DNA of 61,438 bases, counting the filler, from Dugesia japonica (Eukaryota): the NCBI GenBank assembly GCA_001938525.1. It is 6 parts of 6 records of this genome, joined end to end, with 100 filler letters (N's around TTAATTAATTAA, not from the genome) between each part and the next. Parts side by side here need not be neighbours in the genome. Positions count along the whole stretch, not along the records: positions 50,376 to 61,438 come from MQRL01607343.1; 5 more parts are not named here. One strand, given 5' to 3'. Positions 53,911-61,438 of this stretch are shown here, one piece after another. Below the pieces are notes generated by a model that was not told where the DNA came from, ran no database searches, and worked only from the letters and a program-made list of their open reading frames with translations. How positions within the stretch are numbered: the stretch's first letter is position 1; the number at the start of each line of letters is the position of its first letter. Both the position numbers and the translations under genes were made by a program.

Positions 53911-54955
53911 ATGGGGAAACTAAAGACAATATGGACGGATCCTAAAAACCCAGTAGGTTTTCGAGGCGGAAAAATGTTGCTGAACGCATCTCAAAAAAAG
54001 AAAAAGACAAAAAAGTGGTTATCTGGACAACTAGCGTGCAGCCAAAACAAGCCGATGTTGAAAAGATTTCCAGCAATAGCATATGAAACATGGTATTGAT
54101 GATTTATTGCAAATAGAACTAATGGAGATGATTCCATATTCAAAAATTAATGAAAGATACAAGTATATTTTGACATATATTGATGTATTCTGTAGATTTG
54201 CAAGAGCTTCTTCTGTTAAATCAAAATCTGATAATGATATGGAACCAGCAATCAAGTCAATGTTTAGAAATGGACATCCAGATAATTTACAAAAGAATTT
54301 GGGTAAGGAATTTTACAATTTCAAGGTGAAGCAACTTATAAATCATCTATCCATAAACCATTACAGTGTATTCTCTCAGTATAAAGTTGTACATGTAGAG
54401 ATATTTATCGCACATTGAGAGATGCATTGAAAAAGTACTTTGTACATGTTGATAATAAGACTTGGATAAATGTTTTACCGAAACTTATTCATAGCTATAA
54501 TCATTCTAATCATAAGGGATTAAATGGAGTAAGACCGGTTGATGTAAGTACAAACAATCAATTAAAGTTATGGTTATCGCGAAAACATTCAAAAGCAAAT
54601 AAAAAACCAAAGTATAAAGTNNNNNNNNNNNNNNNNNNNNNNNNNNNNNNNNNNNNNNNNNNNNNNNNNNNNNNNNNNNNNNNNNNNNNNNNNNNNNNNN
54701 NNNAAATAACAAAAATCAACATGAAACAAAATCCGGTCATGTATGTTATTAAAGATTATGAAGATAATATCGTGCAAGAAAAATTCTATGAGCAAGAATT
54801 ACAAGTCATTCCACCACTAGATGAAAAATTCTATGAGCAAGAATTACAAGTCATTCCACCACTAGAGATATATAGAATAGAAACAATAATTAAATCAAAA
54901 GGATCAGGAAAGAATTAACAATACTATGTAAAGTGGCATGGAAACGAAAAATGAA
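53911..54955 (+). pseudogene. Polinton rve-type integrase with C-terminal chromodomain
   Basis: DPKNPVGFRG, YKYILTYIDVF, PDNLQKNLGKEFYN, WINVLPKLIHSYNHSNH, FYEQELQ and YRIETIIK...YYVKWHG; frameshifts and altered catalytic residues. Confidence 0.92.
54778..54867 (+). repeat. 45-bp in-frame tandem duplication in the integrase
   Basis: EKFYEQELQVIPPL(D/E) occurs twice. Confidence 0.95.
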
Positions 54956-55000
54956 GTTGAATATTAGCATCACAAATAGTCAATCAACAAGAAAATTCAG

Positions 55001-55983
55001 ATGAAATCGAGTAATTTCTGTCCAATTATTCATCCCGAGAGTAATGCTAGTAAATTCATTGTTGAGCTACAAAATTTTATTTATATGGATGGTAGTTGGG
55101 AAGTTGCCATGATGGCAACTTCCTATCTATATTCACCATTTCTGGTATATAGCAAGTCGAAAATTGAATACATGACTGCAAAAAATATATTGAATGAAAT
55201 AACTGTAGCAATAAATAACAAGGAAAAAACACAGTATTGATCAAAATAAAAATTCTGAAATATTTGAAAATTATCTCATAAGATTTTATTGTGATTTTCC
55301 ATATGTTGTCATATTTGATTATGCAAATATCGCACACTCATTTGGATTAGGATGTAAATCTAACAAATTAACAAAAAAGTTCGGTCATATCTATACAAAC
55401 TTTACAAATGATGACACTGTACAAAAATTAAAAATTAAAGTGGCTTATACAATGGGGAATTATTATACTTTTCAGTTTAAAGACGATATATACATATCAG
55501 AACTGGAACAATTAAATAAATATTTGACTGAAAATTGTAGTCAAATATTTAAGAAATGTCTTATAAGTGCAGATAAATATTTTGAATTCGAAGTAAAAGA
55601 TGATGTAAAAAAAGTTGTATTTGATAATGTTTTGACAAAAACATTGGGATTAGACAAACAACAATATTCTCCTGCGGATATGAAGGGAGGTGAGTTCAAA
55701 GCTATTACCAAATCGAAAATAATGAAATTACATCAGCAAATGTTCATCTATAGTAGTCTTGTTGAACCTATAACTGTAGGAGATGTTAGTGTATTGAAAG
55801 CAGTATGAATAGAAAAGCTTGAAACTGATGAAGTAGTACAAATAATAGTTGATAATCCAATGTATTTACCCATTGCAACATCATTTATAAACAATATAGA
55901 AATTAATATATGCGATGATAACGGAAAATTAATCAAGTTTCCAAAACATTCAAAAACTCATTTAAATTTTAGAAAACCAAATA
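55001..55983 (+). pseudogene. Polinton minor capsid (penton-like) protein
   Basis: NASKFIVELQNFIYMDGSWEVAM at the N-terminus. MFIYSSLVEPITVGD...PMYLPI...IEINICDDNGKLIKF at the C-terminus. Confidence 0.82.
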
Positions 55984-56430
55984 ATGAATCCTGATATTTT
56001 TTCATTGTATAGTACCAGTCAAGCAGGTGGAGAATTACCTTACTTTTTTGGAAAACAGTATGGATCTGGTTGATTGAGAACAATAGGTAGATTTGCTGTA
56101 CCGATTCTTAAACGTATTGGTTCTTTTGGTATGAAAACAGCTCAGGATGTACTACCTAATGACGGAAAAATATTGCCCACATTGAAATCAAATGCATTAA
56201 CTGAACTTGGAAATGTTATGTCATCATTACCTAGCGGAGTAACCAGTATGATTCGAAAAGTAGCAAACATATTACCGCAAAGTATAATTAATAAAATACC
56301 ATCTAAAATAACTAATATGCTATCAAATCAAGTCACAACACCACAAAATAGTAGAAAATGTAAGAAATCTCATGGATCATGTATAAACAAACGAATAAGA
56401 GGCCATGGAACCATATTTGAAAAACTGAAT
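55984..56430 (+). pseudogene. Polinton PW-like (core/membrane-active) protein
   Basis: MNPDIFSLYSTSQAGGELPYFFGKQYGSG*LRTIGRFAVPILKRIG: QxGG and QxGxG motifs, an amphipathic helix and a basic tail. Confidence 0.7.
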
Positions 56431-56710
56431 TATGTATTTTTCATCAACCATCTCCCAAAGCTGTAATTGAAAGTGGTACTTTCGAAGATGTCTTTCCTAT
56501 GAATTCAATTTTTGAATCACAAAGAGACGTAGAGTTTTTTATAAATGGATCTCAAACAGAATATTTGGATTTGAATGATACTTTATTGTATATTAACGTG
56601 AATGGGGCTGGTAAAGATTTGACTGACACTCATGATGCAGTTTCTAGTAATTATATGCTTTTTAAGGATGTAATTCTTTCGTTTAATAATTTCAAAAATG
56701 AAAGTGGAAA
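56431..56710 (+). pseudogene. Polinton major capsid protein, N-terminal fragment
   Basis: FEDVFP...VEFFINGSQTEYLDLNDTLLYINV...LFKDVILSFN. Similarity stops near 56710. Confidence 0.8.
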
Positions 56711-57410
56711 ACTCCTTCTTTTGCCTGTGTTCTTCATTTTCAGGGGTACCTAATCGCTGGTTTAATTTTAATCTCAAGTGTTTCACCCCAACACTCGTAT
56801 AGAATATATTGAAGGTTATGTAACCTTCATCATACAACGATAATATATCTTTGAAAATCTTCAGTAATCTCAAGCAATTGTTGATTTGTTTTTGTGAATA
56901 ATCTCAATAGCATCTCAACAAATTAATTTATACTGTTTTTTAACCAACAGCAATACATACTATATTCATAATAAAATATTAAATGAACCCTATTTTTATT
57001 ATTTTCCATAATATTTGAATTTTTTAATAAATCATTATTTTCTATACTTATTGGAAAATAATGTTTTTGCTTATCTTAAAATAATAATTGATTTAACTGG
57101 TTTCGATTTTTACTTAAATTTTTCTTTTTTTAAATTTTTAATCTTAATATCACCAAGCCAACAATCTCATAATAGACCAACGTTTTGTAAACTGTTTTGG
57201 TGTCTGAACTTTTAGGGAAAAAAAGTCTATTGAAACATTTTCACAAGCAAAGATCAAATATTATGTTCTTCTATTTTCATAGATTGTTCAATATTTTAGC
57301 TATTTCAGGAACTATTATTGAATTAATTCTGGTCACAAATTTCAAAAAAAAACACAATTCATCTGAAAAAATCTAATTTTCATTGGTTAACATAAGATTT
57401 ATTGAACATA

Positions 57411-57440
57411 CAGTACTCGTAAAAAGTCTGTTCACCCCCT
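57411..57440 (+). mobile_element. Solo Tc1-like TIR
   Basis: TA-CAGTACTCGTAAAAAGTCTGTTCACCCCCT resembles Tc1-family ends. No partner TIR found. Confidence 0.45.
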
Positions 57441-59489
57441 ATAAAAATGCAACTTTTAATAAACATTTCGATTTAGTTTAAACTAATTGTTTAAATATTT
57501 AGTTACTGATAAACTATTTAAATAATGTAAGTTATTATAATTTATTTTTAATTGATATGTGTATTTGGTGAAACACCCGGTCAAGGAGGAATATAGATCT
57601 TAAATAACAAGTTTCAAAAAAAAGGGGAAAAGAATAATACCATAGTAACATTAAGAACAAGTACCAAAATCGGACCGGGTGGTAAATCAATAATCAAAGA
57701 AACAACATAAGAAAAGTAGATAACTATGAACTTCGATAATCAAACCAACATCCAGCAATCAAAGAAAATTACTAAATTATTAATTAATGGAGCTGGAAAA
57801 TTAATAACCAGAACAATTAATTAAAGAAGATATTAATTAATTTGGAGTTTAAAAAATAATTAAAATTAAGCGAAAATTCATTTATCCCAAATTACTTTGC
57901 CCCAGAAAATCACAGCAGCTCGGACTAAGAAAATTTGAGAAGAATTTAGGGAAGGCCATCAAAATTTTAAAATAAAAAAATCTTACCATCATCCAAGAAG
58001 ATTCTACAGGATTCCGAAGAAAGAACCAATGAGCAACCTAAAAAAATAAATGAAACAAAGGCATTATTGTCATGTGCCATTCCATAAATAGGCACCAATA
58101 GAATGCAAAAAAATCTGAGAGAAACTTTGAAAATTGGCATCAACGCCAATAGAAACGGATTAATTCAAACTAAAAATAACCGGCCAACAAGAACACAGTT
58201 GGGGTGCAACTAAAATCCTATATAAGCCACGGAAATTTTAGTGGATTCATCACAAAAAAAATATCACAACAAAACCAACCTTCAAAGTTAAAAAAAATTT
58301 TATCAACTAATTCTTGTTACGGAGAAGTGAAATCAAAACAAACTATTAATTTTATCTATCGTCAGACGAAACGAAGAAATTTTTTAACCACTTTCAAGTA
58401 TTGAGGGATCTATTTGTTAATTACTGAGTCAATTTTGTAGTACGGAAAGATCGTGAAATTAATCGCAAATTAATTCAAAGGTGGAAGCTGTCAGAATCGG
58501 TAGCGAAATTCATCATCTTCAACCAGGAATTGTCTATATTCACCCAGTTGCAGAATTTATCTTAATTGACTAGTAAGTAAAGTGGTTGTAATTTTTGTTT
58601 TCTTGTATAAATTAGAAATGAAATAAATTTTACAATATTAAATTAATAAATATTTATGTTCAATCCTGTTTAGNAGATATTTAATATGATAATTATAATA
58701 ACTAACCAGAAAGAAAATATCGTTCCCTCAATTAAATATATCAAGTCTGAACCGCATTTTTTATTATTTTTCTTGCAGACGACACACCATAGAAATAATA
58801 ATTCACATAGTCCCCGTGAATAAATTAATACGGGAATTTAGCAGTTGTCAGAGAATCTGGCATAAAAAATTCCGATTTGTGGGAGAATGTCTAATTAATC
58901 ACATATACCGTTTGAACATAGATCACCATCAATTGCACGTTACACATTGAGTTGGTTGTTAGCAATAATCGCAAAGCCAAATTTAGGCAGACCACCATGG
59001 GTATAATCCACCTTGATTAGTGTCACTACATACTGTACTTGGTTTGCGTGTATTTAAGTCAGTGTTAACATGCATTACTCGCAGTGATCAGAGATGAAGA
59101 AATTTTTTTTGTAACCAAAAAACCAAGCTTGGCGGTAATTTAAGCCTGAAAACTTTGCGATAAATAAATCCGAATAAACTATTACGTAGCATTTCTCCTA
59201 CTAATTTTATACATCTGAATTTTATTTAATAAATGAAAGTCTTTATTATCAATGAGGTTAAGTGATCTACTAACAATAATAAGATTATCATAATTATGCA
59301 TTCACTATTTATAAATTTCATGTTTATTTGATAATGATTAATAACTTATTATTATTGATATTACTGGATTCTGATTTACGTCCGTGTAAAAAACATATTA
59401 TCGAGCAGTTATGCACCAACCTGGTAAGGAAAATGTTTCCATCAAAATTCTTGTAACAACGAATCTTGTAAAATTTTTGTAAATTTCCT

Positions 59490-59668
59490 TATGACCACTT
59501 TCCATCGTGGTTATCCGGAAAGACCTGGTTATGTATAGGGGTAATTACTAATGGTCGTTATTATCAACCGTAATCTGATACCAGTCCCGTCTTGAACATT
59601 GATCAATGGATGGCCATGTCTGGTCAATTAACATCGTATCAATTTACGTTAATTTGCCTAAAGTTTAA
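59490..59668 (+). pseudogene. Orphan cassette gene 'A'
   Basis: YDHFPSWLSGKTWLCIGVITNGRYYQP*SDTSPVLNIDQWMAMSGQLTSYQFTLICLKF. Patterned similarity to, and same cassette position as, 29250-29537. Confidence 0.5.
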
Positions 59669-59675
59669 TATTTAG

Positions 59676-59861
59676 ATTATGCCCACGGAACTAGGAAATA
59701 TGTTCAGATTAATCCGGAAACAACGCAAGACCGTCAGATTGAGACAGCTAGTGTCAAGGGGTAAAATAGAGAATCCAGACGACACGGATTTAGCTTGCTT
59801 CGTGGAGATGTTCCCCTCAGTGACTTCAGTGGATATTGATGCGGGAAGTATGCCTTGTTAA
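59676..59861 (+). CDS. Orphan cassette gene 'D' (frame uncertain)
   Basis: tttag|att ATG; 60-aa ORF, GC-richer than its flanks. Confidence 0.45.
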   Translation: MMPTELGNMFRLIRKQRKTVRLRQLVSRGKIENPDDTDLACFVEMFPSVTSVDIDAGSMPC

Positions 59862-60017
59862 GCAAGAGTGCAATCCGTCAATCGCTGTTAATTGTTTAAA
59901 ATAAACTTGCGAGTTAAATGATTATATTTGTTGCTTATTCTACTTCCATTAATTAATTTTAAAAAAAGAAAAATTATATATATCTTTATTTAAACCAAAT
60001 TTCGGTCTTTTTATAGA

Positions 60018-60365
60018 ATGGAATCTATATGGGAACGTATACTCNATCGGAGGACTCGTCGCGTGATTTTCCGGCGACATCATAACTCCTACAATCGTGA
60101 CGCGGGGATCTTGGCCGACAGGTCTAATCTGCCCCCGGTGGAGACCATCCTAGCTCGAATACAAGATTTCGGGGAGCGACGTAGCTATCAAAATTGGACA
60201 GGGCCTGATCGGACCCTTGTTAACACTTTCCAGTACCAACCATAAGCTCCGGCCCCCGCCGTGCAGGCATTCATCAATAATTTACTCTGGGGGGTAAGAG
60301 AACCCTTGGGCAGCAAGGATTCAGAGAATTCGACGCCCGCAACTGACTCCGCAACTACTCATTAG
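60018..60365 (+). pseudogene. Orphan cassette gene 'B'
   Basis: ttatag|a ATG. The DAGIL motif and downstream blocks are shared with 28858-29094. The frame continues past a TAA as APAPAVQAFINN. Confidence 0.75.
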
Positions 60366-60547
60366 AAGTTTAATAGTTTTTTCTTTAAGTCATAATAAAT
60401 AACTTGTTGTCTTCAGATTGTTCTCATCATATTTCTTTTGATTTCGAAATTAACTTTAGGGGCAAGTTGTAAATGTACTATGATAATATCGATCATAGAG
60501 ATGGCTGTTAGCTTTATAATGTTTGATTGATTTTAAAATTCGTTTAG

Positions 60548-60906
60548 TGCATTCATCGCTAAATCGTTCGACGGTCCCTACTAAATCGACGAGGGAATCC
60601 AGTGAGGACATACAGCTTACTTGGGACCTATATCAACTGGCAAAACGTCGATGGGAGGCCAAAATAGCCGCCGCCAACAGTATGGTGTCTCGCTATAGGA
60701 AGAAATGTGTCGCTTTCAAAAAGGAAGCCTAGGCCTCCCACTTACAGGAACGAACATGGAAGAAACAAATTGAATCTTTTTCAGAGATTATCCGGTTCAG
60801 CCATGACTGAGAAAATAAACTGGTTAACGATGTCTTACTTTTCCAGGAGAAAATACTGCTCAGTTCTTTGATGATAGAGAAGGATACCCAAACCCATCGG
60901 ACTTAG
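60548..60906 (+). pseudogene. Orphan cassette gene 'C' (coiled-coil)
   Basis: tttag|TG start. EDIQLTWDLYQLAKRRWEAKIA...ESFSEII...NKLVN...TQT. Two internal stops. Confidence 0.8.
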
Positions 60907-61032
60907 CTCGTTTAAATAATTTTTTTTTTTAAAAATGTATTGTACGATCTTGCTTACGAATTTAATTATTCCTCCTAATTTTACTTAAATCCTGTCGTCA
61001 TGTTACGTATGTACTAATTTAATTTCTTTTAG

Positions 61033-61415
61033 TGCCTCACATCAAGTTTCCCACTAGTCTCCGCAGATGTCACCGTATAATGCGTCGCCGGTTGATCGAG
61101 CGCCATTTAAAACGAAAAACAGATAGAGCTCTCATCAAGCATCTGAATCAACGAGATAGTCTCATAAAGAAACTTGATAACATAGTAAAGAAACAGAGTT
61201 ATTTAGCAGCCCAAACCAAGGCCTTGGAAACTGAAAATAAACAACTGTTGCAAAGGAAAATAGATTTCCTAAAGCAATGCATAGCTGACCTTTCCCGCCA
61301 GATTGGCGATCCAACTTGTGTCCAATGGGACGACAACGACGATGTCGCCACCTTTAATTTTACAGTAACGGATCCAAATCAGTGGTTAGATCCAGGAGCT
61401 TTGGATTTGCTGTAA
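61033..61415 (+). CDS. Orphan cassette gene 'Z' (basic N-terminus, coiled coil, acidic WLDP tail), intact frame
   Basis: tactaat branch-point-like motif plus tttcttttag|TG. 127-codon open frame with AATAAA after the stop. Paralog at 50376. Confidence 0.8.
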
Positions 61416-61438
61416 TTGTTTTATAAAATAAAATGTGC

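Larger units (their letters stand above)
52594..56710 (+). mobile_element. Polinton/Maverick (adintovirus-like) core gene block, decayed and truncated
   Basis: Co-oriented ATPase, pX-like, integrase, minor capsid, PW-like and major capsid relics. Confidence 0.92.

Noticed and set aside
54991-55003. cag|ATG before the penton as another leader acceptor
   Set aside because: No polypyrimidine tract, and other core genes lack clear acceptors, so the splice pattern is claimed only for the cassette.
30280-56710. pPolB and capsid block as one continuous Polinton
   Set aside because: They are separated by two artificial spacers and unrelated contigs.
60541-61040. Flatworm spliced-leader AUG supplying the start codon
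   Set aside because: A leader ending in a full AUG joined at AG|TG would be out of frame with the conserved ORFs. Only a phase-1 junction works.

Overview
Very AT-rich eukaryotic (animal) genomic DNA. A 45-nt spliceosomal intron, the AT content and the repeat mix suggest a planarian-like flatworm, but that is inference only. The window is six unrelated ~8-11 kb contigs joined by artificial 100-bp spacers (44 N + TTAATTAATTAA + 44 N; 12-mers start at 10481, 18920, 29958, 41099, 50320), so adjacency across a spacer means nothing. Host genes: three 5' exons of a TGF-beta/activin type I receptor (minus strand, ALK4/5/7-like L45 loop, natural Asp at the T204-equivalent activating position) and one KIF13-like kinesin-3 exon. 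Most other recognisable sequence is decayed mobile DNA: a Polinton/Maverick (adintovirus-like) core block (ATPase, pX-like protein, integrase, minor capsid, PW-like protein, truncated major capsid), a Polinton pPolB with a candidate terminus on another contig, Gypsy elements, Penelope-like elements with minimal hammerhead ribozymes, hAT and Tc1/mariner elements, and MITEs. The most striking feature is a cassette of short orphan genes (labelled here A, B, C, D, E, Z) found as diverged homologous copies on three independent contigs and linked to the Polinton core in the last contig. Nearly every ORF follows a 3' splice-site-like sequence. Several lack their own ATG and begin AG|TG in frame, which suggests a shared leader exon spliced onto each gene, as in adenovirus late transcription.
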